The notes beneath the pieces were generated by a model. It worked only from the letters and a program-made list of their open reading frames with translations, did no database searches and was not told where the DNA came from. The position numbers were made by a program, and so were the translations under genes. Source: Octopus sinensis (taxonomy: Eukaryota). From it: a stretch of DNA of 64,000 bases. The stretch covers positions 36,270,001-36,334,000 of the forward strand of contig NC_043013.1 of NCBI RefSeq assembly GCF_006345805.1. The letters run 5' to 3'. Shown piece after piece: positions 25,816 to 39,856 of the stretch (the stretch's first letter is position 1; every line of letters begins with the position of its first letter).

Positions 25816-26663
25816 TATAAATATGGGGTGGGGGGCAGAGGCTCCTAAAAAGTTCTTGGCTTTGAGGGTATCACAAAAGGCATGGTTGGAGGATTAGAAA
25901 AACTTCAGGTCTGTTGCAATAAGGGAATGAACCCAAGAGGGGGAATATGTTGAATATAATCATAATTAATTTATCTTCCTGTATTTTTTTTACCCATAGA
26001 CTGGAACTTTTCAGTACCACCTCATATACGAGTGTGTGTGTGAGTGTGTATGTGTGTGTGTGTGTGTCTTTGCATCTGTGTTCGTCCCCCACCACTGCCT
26101 GACAACCGGTGTTGGTGTGTTTATGTCCCCATAACTTAGCAGTTCAGCAAAAGAAACCAATAGAATAAGTACCAAGCTTTAAAAAAAAAGGATGTACTGG
26201 CTCGATTCATTCAACTAAAAATTCTTCAGCATGGCCACAGTCTAATAACTAAAAGAAGTAAAAGATACAAAAAGAAAAAGAAACCATGCCCACCCCTTCT
26301 TACCATCCATGATTCTCTGAAGATATGACAGCCAGCCTCAGTGCCTCATGGAGGCAAAGACAAATGATCAAGACCTTTGACAATATGCCGTGCTAGAGAA
26401 GAAGACCCATCAAGTGAAGTGAAATCATAGTCAAGGCAGGTGCTGGTGTCATGCAACTGGCACCTGTGCCACGAATGGCACGTAAAAGCGCCCATTACAC
26501 TCTTGGAGTCGTTGGCATTAGGAAAGGCATCAGGCCATAGAAAACCATACCAAATCAGACTGGAATCTGGTGCAGCAACCCCTCAGCTTATCAGCCCGGG
26601 TCAAACCATCCAACCCCTGCCAGCATGGACAACAGACATTAAATAATGATGATGATATATAAG

Positions 26664-27064
26664 CGTAGGAGTGGCTGTGTGGTAAGTAGCTTGCTTACCA
26701 ACCTCATGGTTCCAGGTTCAGTCCCACTGTGTAGCACCTTGGGCAAGTGTCTTCTACTATAGCCTCGGCCGACCAAAGCCTTGTGAGTGGATTTGGTAGA
26801 CGGAAACTGAAAGAAGCCCGTCGTATATATGTATATGTATATGTGTGTGTACATGTGTGTATATGTTTGTGTGTCTGTGTTTGTTCCCCCGACATCGCTT
26901 GACAACCGATGCTGATGTGTTTACATCCCTGTAGACCGATAGAATTAGTACTAGGCTTACAAAGAATAAGTCCTGGGGTCAATTTGCTCGACTAAAGGCG
27001 GTGCTCCAGCATGGCTACAGTCAAATGACTGATACAAGTAAAAGTGTAAAAGAGTAAAAGAGAG
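26664..27064 (+). mobile_element. SINE family A, young full-length copy
   Basis: Close to the family consensus seen across the window; preceded by an (ATG)n-tailed repeat at 26440-26660. Confidence 0.9.
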
Positions 27065-27499
27065 TATGATGATGATGATGATGAGCCGCTATCATAATGA
27101 GCCCTCCCTCAGTAGCAGTTTGCAATCAAAAGACTTTCTATCTTGTGGATACAAGAAGCAAAAAAAGAGCAGATGCTCCAGCCTGGCCAGATTAAAATTG
27201 CATCCAAAATATGATAGACAAACTGTAATAAATAAGAGAGGTGATATGCATTTGCTATTTCTATCTAGTCATTCAGGGATAGCTTTCTGATAGCCTATTT
27301 CTGGGTGAGATTGGCCACCTTGCTCATAACCTCATCTCGATTCCTATTCACTTGGGGGTTTGGCCTGCAGACAACTACAAGCAATTGTTCTCATACTTTG
27401 ATAAAATAAATCACTATTAACAGATCAATGTCTGTAACTATTCAGATTTGATATAAAAAAAAATAGTATGTATGTATGTATGTATTATGTATGTTGTAG

Positions 27500-27530
<31 letters not shown>

Positions 27531-27659
27531 GTATGTATGTATGTGTATATATAGATATATATTATATATATCTATATATATGTATTAATATATTGTATAT
27601 ATATATATATATATATAATATATATATATATACACATACATACATACATACAATATACC

Positions 27660-27704
<45 letters not shown>

Positions 27705-28453
27705 GTATGTGTGCATGTGAGTATCTATGGGGAGAGAGAGAGAGATTAATAAAATGAATTTGAATGGGAATTGAACCATGAATCATCTGCTCCGTGGATG
27801 GGCAAGCAAGCTAATCTCTTTACTGAGCCATCTCTCAATCCCCACCCTACCACTCACTCTTTCTCCCTCTCTCTCTGTCCTTTTCTGTCCCTCCCTCTCT
27901 CTCCCTCTCTTCTCTCACTATTAATTCAGACTACATGTGTTTTACTGTTTATGAACTGGAGCTTGACTTCATTGTCGATTCATTGCGGTTATGCTATATA
28001 TATTATATGTACATACACACACACACACACATATACATACATACATACATACATATATATATATATATGTATGTATGTATATATTTATATAATTCTATAT
28101 ATATATATTCATATGATTATATATTTATATCAATCTATATATATCTATATATATGGATTATATATATTATAATATATATATATTATATGTTTATATATGT
28201 ATATATATATATATATTTATATGATTAATATATATATATTATATATATTTATATGATTTTTATATATATATATATAAATATATATAAATATATATATATA
28301 TATATATGCACATACATATAGGTTGGTAATACAAATAGGAGAAATAGAATACAATATATAACGAAGAGAGAGAAAGAGAGAAAGAGAGAGTGAAGGACAA
28401 ACATTTATACACATTTGGAGTATATGATACAATTACACACACACACACACGCA

Positions 28454-28498
<45 letters not shown>

Positions 28499-29112
28499 TC
28501 GCCACAAACATACAAACACAATGAAACACTTATATAGATGGATATATAATGGAGTTTCTGGGTATTATTTTTTTTGGCTTTTTATTGCTATACCCAACAA
28601 AGACATAATTGATTGATATGTAGCTGTCATATGTTTTAATTATATTTGCAAATATTAATGAAACTGGCTTGCAGTATTGTTGATATAACTGTCCTGTGAA
28701 TGGAGGCTTGCTTAACTAACGCATTCTTAATTCCAAACTTTGTTGACATAGTCACATAGTGAATTGTGTTGAAACTCTTAGATTGCATTCTCTCTCTCTC
28801 TCTCGTTTCTTTTTTTTAGTGCTGATTATTACATTTAATATGCTTCGTAATCAGTTGTGTTTGCTCTTTCCTGCTTCATTGTATGAATGTTAGAAAATAT
28901 TTGAGTGGACTATTAGAAAATGAAGAAATGATTTCTCTTTAAGATTTAAGTGATTTGCTACTGCTGCTGCCACTGCCACTGCTGCTGCTGCTACTGCGAG
29001 TGTGATGCTGGTGCTGGTGGTGATAATAATGGTGGGGGCTGTGGTAGTGGTGGTGGTTGTGGTTGTGGTAGTGGTGGAGAGAATCGGATTAGAGTTTTAA
29101 TGCTGTTTGGTA

Positions 29113-29270
29113 TGAATGCGAATGCTTAAGTTGGCTTGAATGCTAAAATTGAAATGAATGCTAAAGTCATGATTAATGCTTAAGTTGAAATGAATGGTAA
29201 GCTGAAATGAATGCCAAAGCCGAAATGCACAATGAATTTGAAATGAATGCTAATTGCATAAAGAATGCTT
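29113..29270 (+). repeat. Degenerate 18-bp minisatellite (aatgctaaagttgaaatg-like)
   Basis: About 8 diverged units visible. Confidence 0.6.
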
Positions 29271-30204
29271 TCTTTAAGATCATATCAATTGTAACATCAT
29301 TTATTTTGTTGTATGCCAATTATTTTGTTCTTATGCCACTAAGCACCACATGCATTGGTTCTACATCACTTCTTTTACTTTGATTTTCTTTTTTTCTTTT
29401 TGTTTCCGAGAAAGCTTTACTTCAGACAGACTCTCTGGAGTGGAAAGGGAAAAGATACAGGGTGTTCACAAATGCAGAGGAACTACAGAAATTAAAATAT
29501 TCTGATGAGGATGAACAAAATTTAATCAAATGTATCTTGATGAAAATTGAGAATTAGTAAATGAGTATGAAACTTTCAAAGTCGAAGACAAAATAGAGAG
29601 TGTTCATATTTTAGAAACTGAAAGTGAAAGCCATCTATTGCAAAGACAGGAAGGCTGGTGGCGCACCAAAGTACAACAGTGGAATTAGTCTGAAGATTTT
29701 GCCAGTTCTAAGTAGGAACCTAAGATTTTATGTTTCTAGCAAGCTGTCTTTGATGAACATCTTTCTATTGTAGAATTTATGTTTCAAAGAGTGTCAGCTG
29801 TGGTGTCTAGGTTCAGATGTGAGTTATATGCCCTTGGCCTAAGCTGATAGCATTTCAGTGCTCCAAAGAATGCTTAGCAATATTGGTTATATGGTTTTTT
29901 TTGTTACTTCTTTTAGTCACTGGACTGTGGCCATACTGGCAGTGGTGATGGTGGTGGTAGTGGTGGTGGTGGGGACCACTTTGAAGAATTTTGTGGGACA
30001 AATCACCCAAATATATTTTTTTCCTTTTTAGGTCTGGCAGTTGTTCAATTGGTTCCATTTGCGAAACCGTTAATTCATGGGGACGTAAACAAACCAGCAC
30101 CGGTCATCAAGCAGTGGTGGGACGAACACATGTAGACACATATATACACAACAGGCTTTCATACAGTAGTCGTAGTTTAAAGTGTTGTAGTAATAGCTAC
30201 AATA

Positions 30205-30680
30205 GTAGCAGCTGGCAGAAACGTTAGCACACCGGGAGAAATGCTTAGTGGTATTTCATCTGTCTTTATGTTCTGAGTTCAAATTCCGCTGATGTCAACT
30301 TTGCCTTTCATCCTTTCGGGGTTGATAAATTAAGTACCAGTCAAACACTGAGGTCGATCTAATTGACTGGCCCCTCCCCCAAAATTTCGGGCCTTGTGCC
30401 TTGAGTAGAAAAGATTATTATTATCATTAAGGCAGTGAGATGGCAGAATCGTTAGTTCACCAGGTGAAATGTTTAGCAGTATTTTGTGTGTCTTTATGTT
30501 CTGAGTTCAAATTCTGCTGAGGTCATCTTTGCCTTTCATCCTTCTGGGATTGACAAAATTAAGTACCAGATGCATTCTGGGGTCGATTTGATCGACTGGC
30601 CCCCTCCCCCAAAATTTTATCAACCCTGAAAGGATAAAAGACAAAGTTGACTTAAGCAGAATTCAGACTCAGAATGTATA
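30205..30680 (+). mobile_element. Two tandem SINE family B copies
   Basis: Head and central domain as at 46392-46625. Confidence 0.85.
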
Positions 30681-31093
30681 GATCAGTGGTTTGCAAAGTG
30701 GGCAGTACTGCCCTCCTGGAGATGGTGGAAAGATCTGGGGCAGCGTTGAAGAAAAATGGGGCGATAATGGGGTGACCAAAACGGAGCAATGAATGTAAAA
30801 AGACAAACAAATAAAATAAAGGGTTAATTAGGTAAGGTTTTATTTGGGAGTCTAGTGATACATTAGTGGAATGAAAAGAGAATCTGAAGGTTGAGGCACG
30901 AGGTGGTCCAATACAAAGCTAGTGGAAGTACAAAGATGACCCCCATGGAAGAGGAGAAACAAGCAATAGTGTGATAGCGATAGTCAAAGAATTCGAAGGT
31001 GGCAGTGATGGGGGGGGGGCCAAGAAGAAATTTAAGTAAATTAGTTCTATACACAAAGAAAAAAGGAAGTGGATGTCCTGATATGTCAGAGTG

Positions 31094-31350
31094 GTGACAT
31101 GTGGCTTAGTGGTTAGGGTGTTGGACTCATGATCATAAGATTGTGGTTTCAATTCCTGGACCAGTTGACGTGTTGTGTTCTTGAGCAAAACACTTCATTT
31201 CACATTGCTCCAGTCCACTCAGCTGGCAAAAATGAGTTACCCTGTGACAGACTGGTGTCCTATCCAGGTGGGGAACATATATGCTATGGAGACTGGGAAA
31301 CCAGCCCTTATAAGTCAGTATGACTTGAGGTTTTCTTTTTCTAATATGTC
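31094..31350 (+). mobile_element. tRNA-headed SINE with CORE-like domain (family D); other copies at 42432-42680 and 61232-61410
   Basis: tggcttagtggttaggg A box, ggtttcaattcc B box, tgtgttcttgagcaaaacacttca...ctcagctggcaaaaatgagt CORE-like block. Confidence 0.8.
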
Positions 31351-31702
31351 AGAGGATGGTGAGAGTCTAATCATTTATGGAAATTCCTTGAATGTATCTT
31401 CACGTACTGACATGAAACCTCAATCTCCAAAACACATTAGTGCACAAAATACTGAAAGTTAATTCATGTAAAAAGAGATATTATTTGCTTTGCTGGCTTC
31501 ACATGATACCCCAGTTAATTACTGCTACATCACCATAAGCTTCTGTATTCATTTCAAGTGTCTGCAACAGAAAATTGTATATTGATACCTGCATATATAT
31601 AACCACATGGTTCTATGTTCAGTTTGATTTGTTCAACTAAAGGTGATGCTCCAGCATGGCCACAATCAAATGACTGACACAAGTAAAAGAATAAAAGAAT
31701 AC

Positions 31703-31739
<37 letters not shown>

Positions 31740-32130
31740 GCATGATAATCGTCATCATCATTTAATGTCTGTTGTCCATGCTGGCATGGGTTGGACAGTT
31801 TGACCAGGGCTGGTAAGCTGAGGGCTGCACGAGACTCTAGTCTGAATCAGTAAGGTTTCTATGGCTGGATGCTCTTCCTAACACCAACCACACTGAGAGT
31901 GTAATGGGTGCTTTTACATGCCTCCAGTACAGGTGCCAGTTGTGTGACACCAGTATCTGCCACGACTACAATTTCACTTGGCTTGATGGGTCTTCTCAAG
32001 TACAGCATATGCCAAAGGCCTCACTCATTTGTTATTCTCTCTGTGAGGTCTAACACTCGATAGGTGCATTTTACATGCCATGGGCATGGGCATATATATA
32101 TATATATAATATATATATATATACATATAC

Positions 32131-32174
<44 letters not shown>

Positions 32175-32984
32175 TATATATAGGTAGGTAAATAGAGAGA
32201 TAATTAGACAGACAGATAGATATACATATATATACTTACTTACTTGTGCTTGTGGCGACATTCACCCTGGGTGGGTTGAGTTGGGTTTTTCTATCACCCT
32301 CGAGGCATCTGGAGGCAGAAGGTGGAAGAAGTTTCGTGGGAATATGTGGATTTCACAAGCGGTCCTCAACAATCCCACATGTAGAGACATCCTGTTTGCC
32401 GCAGATTATCCGCAGACACAGGGACAGAATGACCGAGGAGCTGCTGGTTGCTGAAACAGACACTCCGAGGATTTTCACCCGAGCCCCGTCTACCGGGTTG
32501 TGGCCCTAATACCACTCGGTGTCAGACCAATCCGCCTTGGGTGGCCCTATCAGGAACCGAAGTTCCCGACGGCATAGCTCTGACACTACCCGTTGCCAGC
32601 GTCCCCACCACGGTGAGGAGGGGGATGGACTGAAACATGAATACATATATATACATAAATAATGTTAAACAGTATGATAAAAAAAATTTCCACACAGTGA
32701 AATGTAGTCAAAAATTTAAAAAGAAAATTTATGTTGGACAATATATATATATATAGAATAATAAGAAAAAGGAAAACCTTTGTTGCAGTGCATCTAATTA
32801 GTGCTAAATATGAGCAAAATATAGCAAAATTCAAGTGGATGACAGATTTTCATAGGTCAAATTCCTTTATCATGGGAATACAAAGTATATAAAAAATACA
32901 TCTCAATGAATTTTGTATGAATTTTGTATTCCCATGATAAAGGAACTCGACCTACAAAAAATCTGTCATCCACTTTGATTTTGT

Positions 32985-33015
<31 letters not shown>

Positions 33016-33956
33016 TTATGAAATAGATTATTTATATAGTCAACTGGTTTCGCTTGTGCTAATTATAACTATGTAGTTAGTGATAATTATACAATTTTAT
33101 GCTATCATAAGAAGTTTTCATTCCATATTTGTTGGAGGAAAGATATTATCGATCGAGGCATGACTATGCTTAAGAATTTCCTTTCACAGCCATGTAATTT
33201 CCAGTTCAGTCTTATTGTGTAGTATCTTGGACAAGTGCCTCTCAGTGTAGCCAAGCATTGACCACTGTGTTGGAGAATGAATTTGGTAGACAGAAACTAT
33301 ATGAAACCCACCATGTATGTTGCATGTATGTGTGTGTACGCACACATAAGCACACACACACACTTCCATATTTGTATACACGTAAACATTCTTATGTGTG
33401 CGCATGTATATACATATATTTAAATGAGAAAAAATATTGAATATTTTTTAAAAATTCATCAGTAACAACACCATCAACAAGAACAAAAACAGCTTGCAAA
33501 ATAATAATAATAATAATAATAATAACAACAACACAACAACAACAACAACAACAGCAACAATATTAATAATAAATTAAAGGAAAGAAAAAAAATTATGTAA
33601 AAATAATTAAATCAAAAAATCCCAATTAAAAAATTTGAAACCTGGAAAGAAAAAGACATTCTTTGCCAATGTTAAGTTTTCAATCAGAAAACTGTTTTAT
33701 GTGGTATTTAAAAGTGAGGTTGTTGTTGTTTTTTTAGCATTTTATCTCAGATTTTCTGACATAAATTGAGAAAAATATGAAACGTTTATCATTTAATGTT
33801 GCTAACAGTTTATAAGCAGTTTCAGTGTGCTGTGTATATATGTGTGTGCATGTGTATGTGTGTATACACACACCACACATGTGTATATTATATATATTAT
33901 ATATATATATATATATAAAGATGTGTCTTTGTATATGTATGCATATATGTATGCGA

Positions 33957-33996
<40 letters not shown>

Positions 33997-34094
33997 GTAT
34001 GCGATGTGTATATATATATATATATTATATATATTGTGCATATATGTATGTATATATATATTATATATATATATATATATATATGTATATCATG

Positions 34095-34132
<38 letters not shown>

Positions 34133-34922
34133 TATTTTATATATATGTACATATACATTTGTATTTATATATATATATATATATAATATATATATATATA
34201 TAGAGGGCTAGAGGGTGGTGTAGATTGTGTGGGGGTAGGCATTATTATTAGGGGGATGGCAGTGTTTGTTATGGTGGTGGTGGTGTGGTGATCATAAGGA
34301 ATGGTTGGTTGTTCTTACTTTTAGTTCGATGTTAGCCTTGAGCAAGTAGATCTAAGGCACTCCAGCCATGACCATCCCATTTTTTTCACCAATATGGAGC
34401 AAAACCAGAACCACAAAGAATAACAACAACAACAACAACAATTACCAGAACATATGGTACCATTTCCCGGTATTTAGATAGATTGTAGAATTTTTTTTAA
34501 ATTATGCATCATACCCAAAGAGAAACCTGAGCTGTTGCAAAATACAGCAATTAATAATCCATTACCCAGTTGTCCATTAACTTGACCACTTCAACACTTG
34601 ACCATCTTATTATGAAGAACTATTTCAAAACTTCCAAACTTAAACAACTGAAGAATTCAATACATGTTTTTAGGCAATTTATAAATAAGCAAGATTTTCT
34701 GCATTTTGCTAATAATTCTTTAGCTGCAGAATGCTTCTTGTGGATTGTTAATTCTTTCAATACTATTCCTTTATAAGAAGAAAACTGACAAAATTGAAAG
34801 CTTCAGTAAATTCTAAAGATTATTTACATTTGAACAACATTATTGCATGCAAGCAATTATAATATCTAGTAGTTTTTTTTTCTTGTCAGAAGATTATTAA
34901 CATTTGAATAATTCATATATGA

Positions 34923-34955
<33 letters not shown>

Positions 34956-34972
34956 TGTGTGTGTGTGTGTGA

Positions 34973-35003
<31 letters not shown>

Positions 35004-37320
35004 CATACACATAAACATATCTATCTATCTATCCATCTATCTATATATATTTATATATATATACACACACATATACATGTAATTATATATCTTATATTTA
35101 TTATATAATATGTAAAGATGTATTATATATATTATATAATATATATATAGGTGTATTATATATATTGCACAAATTATATATGGTATATGCATACACATAT
35201 GTATGCATATATACATGTCTATACACATACACATTATATGTATACATATATACATATATATACATACACACACACAGAGGCATACACACACACACATACA
35301 TTTATATACACGTTTAAGAAAATTAAATTGTTTACATCAAACATACTATTTACCCTGATATGGAAATGAGCTGAAAAAAAAACCAAAATTTATAAATTTT
35401 TTTCTCTGTATATTAATATTTTAAGCATTTGGGGAAATCTAGCTGACTTTGATGCATTGGATAATTTTAAGCTTTTCTCTCCCTGTAGCAGACTTTACCA
35501 TTCTTTAAGCATTAACAAATTAACAGCTGAATTATTTAATTTGCGAATTGATCCAAACTTCATGCAACTTCTCTCTGATTATTCTCTAAACTTCCCTTCA
35601 AAAATGAAGCTAACTTTGCTTAGTTTCAAATTTAAAATGTTAGTTAATATCGATACTACTGCTACGGTGACAAGTGGGCAGAATACCAGTGGTTCCAAAA
35701 CATTTTCAGGGTGCTGCCCCCTTGGTTCCTATTGCCCGCATACCCCACTCACCATTACAGACATAGACCATTTTCTACAATAAATTCAAATTTGAATTCG
35801 AATTCTTTGACTATCGCTATCACACTATTGCTTGTTTCTCCTCTTCCATGAGGTCATCTTTGTTCTTCCACTAGCTTTGTATTGGTCCACCTCATCTGCC
35901 TCAACCTTCAGATTCTCTTTACATTCCACTAATGTATCACTAGACTCTTATCCATTCACTAGACTCTTATCCATTCACTAGACTGATGTATGAAAAACAA
36001 CAACAGACCCTCTTCATGCCTTGATCATTTTGTCTTTAGTAGAGCTCCTTTATCCCTTTTACCCTTCTCTACTACTTGTCGGCACACACCCCACCAAAGG
36101 CCACTTCTATTGCCACCCATTCCTCTCATCTCTATCTTATCCCATAACCCACCCTTATCTTTGTCCACCTGGCTTATTGCTAATCACTCCCTACTCAACT
36201 CAACTCTAAATAACCTTTCCACTTACCTTATACTATTTGTTCTTTTGTCCCTCTTGTCATCCAAATCCTTCTGACATCATTCCTCTCTTTCTCTCTCTCT
36301 CTCATTGATCATTAAACCCCTCCTTGATCACCTGAGCAAATGTACACAATCTAAGTTATCGATTTCTCTTAAACAATATTGATACTAATAATCAATTGTT
36401 GGAACTCAACATATGCTTTATACAACAGAAACAACTGTAAGCTACTGAAGTTGATTACATAATTCCTTTTTCTTGTCTTTAAATAATATATACATGTGCA
36501 TGTGTATGCGTGTGTGTGTGTGTGGTGTGTGTGTGTGTGTGTGTGTGTGTGTTAAGTATATATCATGTTGCACATTATGCTATCAAATGAAGATAGTGTA
36601 AACCTTATTTTAACAGAAGTAGAAATCAGAATCTCTGCTTGACTGGAAAAAGGATCATACTAAAGAACTCTTTTCACTTGAGCACTTACCTTAGCTGTAA
36701 GAACGAAGCTTTCCAGTCCTGCCCTCATGGGCATAAACGTGTCCAAGAATACTAGCTGACCACACCATGTATATAAGCATTGGTGCAACCCCATCAGTTT
36801 TTTTAACATCTTTTTGAAATCTGAAGAATTAATAAAAAATTGGCCACACCCAACTGTTACATATGTACGCACACATACACATACACATGTACATAACCAC
36901 ATATGATGTTAAAACTAACTCTTCACCATGATCCTCAAACTCCATTTACCCAGCATCTCTACTCATCCCACCTTCACCCTGGCTTCAACTCCACCATACA
37001 ATCCTGCATAGTATGATTGGCATTTTTATTTTCCCAATCCAAGGGGCATAACTCTAATATGTCCTGGGTAAAACTTTAAACTGCGTAAAGTGGTGAGTCC
37101 TGGGTTGAGAGTTCCAGAGTTCTGAGGAAGGTAGAAACCCCTCTTAACCACTATTCTTCCAGGTCTATTCTGTTAGAGTTTCAAATACGGGTTAACTGGC
37201 ATGCGTACCATCTGCTTCAAACCCAGAGTACATCTGCTCTAATAATCAGCAGTGACTTGTGTAGAGTGACGGAGGAAAAGGACAACAGAAAAAGAAGCAA
37301 ACGGGAGAAAGAAATACAAA

Positions 37321-37870
37321 ATAATAAAATAATAATAATAATAATAATTGTGTACAGTGCTCAGGTGCACTACAACTCATCTAAAGTGTATATATAATCA
37401 GGTGTAGTTTCGGCGGATTTCGGAAAGCATGAGGGCCTTAAAGGATGCAGTGTCATGGCAGTCAACAACTGACGCAGGCAGTTTATTCCATGCTTCAGCA
37501 ACTCTGAGCGTGAAAAAATGTTTCCGAAAGTCATGGGAGCTGTGTTGTTTTCTGACTTTGTAGGCATGTCCACGTGTTTAGACACATGGAGATCAAAAAG
37601 GTGTTCAGTGTTGTTGTTGGTGAGGTGGTGATAACCTTGTGGGTGTTTACCAAGTCCGTCGCCAGACGCCGGAGCTTCAGTGAATCCATGCCAGGGAAAC
37701 AAGGCGCTCAGAATATGGTAGGTGTCTGATGGGGGTATGCGTTTGGTTGCACGTCTCTGGACAGATTCCAGGAGGTCAATGTTCTGAGCAAGATAGGGAT
37801 TCCAAACTGATGATGCGAATTCCAAGTGTGGTCATACCATAGCTGTATACAGTTTTAAATAGATGGCTGT
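37321..37870 (-). mobile_element. CR1/L2-group LINE 3' end (RT C-terminus, 3' UTR, (ATT)n tail), frameshifted
   Basis: EFASSVWNPYLAQNIDLLESVQRRATKRIP; after a frameshift, FRKHFFTLRVAEAWNKLPASVV. Confidence 0.9.
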
Positions 37871-38540
37871 TACATGTTGACCTCGGCAGAATTAGCTGTC
37901 ACTCTCACGAAAATAAACACGTCTTTTCTCGCTGATGTCTCTGCTCGAACTGACCACACGTGTTTCTGCCCACGCATGCCCTGTGCCTGTGTCACAGGCT
38001 CCTGCAGTCCTTACTTCTGTCCACCTCATCTGCAATCCCTTCCACCAACACCACATAGCTCCATCACAGCCCATAACATCACCAACACCACAACTTGATC
38101 AGTGAATCCTCTGCAACGGTCAACAATTTATGGCAAGACGAACTGCTACAAATCACACTATCGTGAAGTATGTACACAGGTGACTGGGGACCACATGTGA
38201 ACGTGTATTCCCACTGAAAGTTCAAACACGAACCCCCTACACCCTAACAATGAATGATTGCTGTGGCAATGGCTTCCATCACTAACTTCTACTTTGCTTT
38301 ACTCATTAGACTTGTGGCCATGCTGGGGTACCGCCTTCAAAAGTTTTTTAGTCAAATGAATTGATCCCAGTACTTATATATATATATATATATTGTTTTT
38401 AAAGCCTGATATTATTTCTGTTGGTTCTTTTTGCCGAACCATTAAGTTACAAGAAGTTAAGCAACACACCAACACCAGTTGTGAAGTGGTGAGGGTGGGG
38501 ACAAACACACACAAAATACACACACATTTATATATATATA

Positions 38541-38582
<42 letters not shown>

Positions 38583-39012
38583 AAACATATATATATATAT
38601 ATGCACATACATACATAAATTTATATATTTATTTTTGCTTGTTTATTTTGTCTCTTTGTCTTCTCTCCTGGTGGTGTATGAACATTTGGTGTGGTTTTAG
38701 AGTCAAGTTTTGGCTGCAATATCTAGCATGGTGGTATCTCTTAGATACCCTTAATTATGATTTTATATACATACATACTTACTTACAAACATACAAGCTG
38801 GATTTTTTTGGCCACTGGCAGAAGCATTACTTTACCCACAGGAATATTAGGGCCAAGCATCAAATCTGGTCAGCATACATGAAAGATGTGATGAACATTT
38901 TAGTCAGAGCCAGTTGAACCGGTCCTCAGTGAATGCCACCACATGGACAAGAAAGTACATAACTCCAATGAGCAAAAAAATGTAATTCAACTCAAAAGGT
39001 TTTGATCTAGGT

Positions 39013-39300
39013 TAGTGGTTCCTAAATTTATTCAGGCTGCTGCCCCTTTGACACCCAGGCCACATTCCTAGCCCCCTCCCCACCAACCGCACCAACTAAC
39101 CATCACAAACATAGACCTCTTTCTCAAGCATATTCAAAGCAACTATATTTCACAAACATAACCTAATGAACCCACTATTTTGTTGTTTTTTTTACATGAT
39201 TCGTTACCCCATTATTACCCAATTTTTCTTCAATGACACCCTTGGAATTTTCCATCTCCACCAGGGGAGGGAGCAATTCTGCCGACTTTGGGAATCACTG
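39013..39300. mobile_element. hAT-type MITE
   Basis: TIRs tagtggttcctaaa / tttgggaatcactg; similar 8-bp flanks atctaggt / gcttaggt. Confidence 0.6.
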
Positions 39301-39599
39301 GCTTAGGTGATTCCATTCTCAATTTTTATTCTTGTTATAAGACTAAACAGAGCGAATGTGATGCTCTCGTTCTTCCAGTGGTAAAGAACTTACAACATAC
39401 AACTTCTTTGTTTTCGTTCAGCCTCGTCTGATGATTGCTGTGATATCTTAACTCCAGTACGAAACTGATTGGTGAGTTGGCTGATATAAGAGTATCATAT
39501 TCTGTTTCATTAATAATATTATGCACACACATGTATACATATATATATATATACATACATATATATATACATGCATACATATATATATATACATACATA

Positions 39600-39640
<41 letters not shown>

Positions 39641-39652
39641 ACATACATATAC

Positions 39653-39694
<42 letters not shown>

Positions 39695-39811
39695 GCACAC
39701 ATACATTTAGCAATTACACAGATGTGTTTCTATACACACACACACATACACGTGTGTGTACATTTGTGTATGTGCATGTGTACATATAAGTTTATATATA
39801 TATGTGTGTGT

Positions 39812-39856
<45 letters not shown>

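Noticed and set aside
34570-35783. Non-repetitive ORFs 34570-34776 and 35457-35783
   Set aside because: No recognisable motif; the second runs into a MITE-like sequence, and its faint LINE-RT resemblance is too weak to call.
38780-38990. KLDFFGHWQKH... as an RTE LINE C-terminus
   Set aside because: Only loose resemblance by eye; needs a profile search.
39423-39476. ctcgt-CTGATGA-...-GAAAC-tgattg-gtgag hammerhead candidate
   Set aside because: The cleavage triplet would end in G and stem I relies on two wobbles; it also overlaps a candidate exon.
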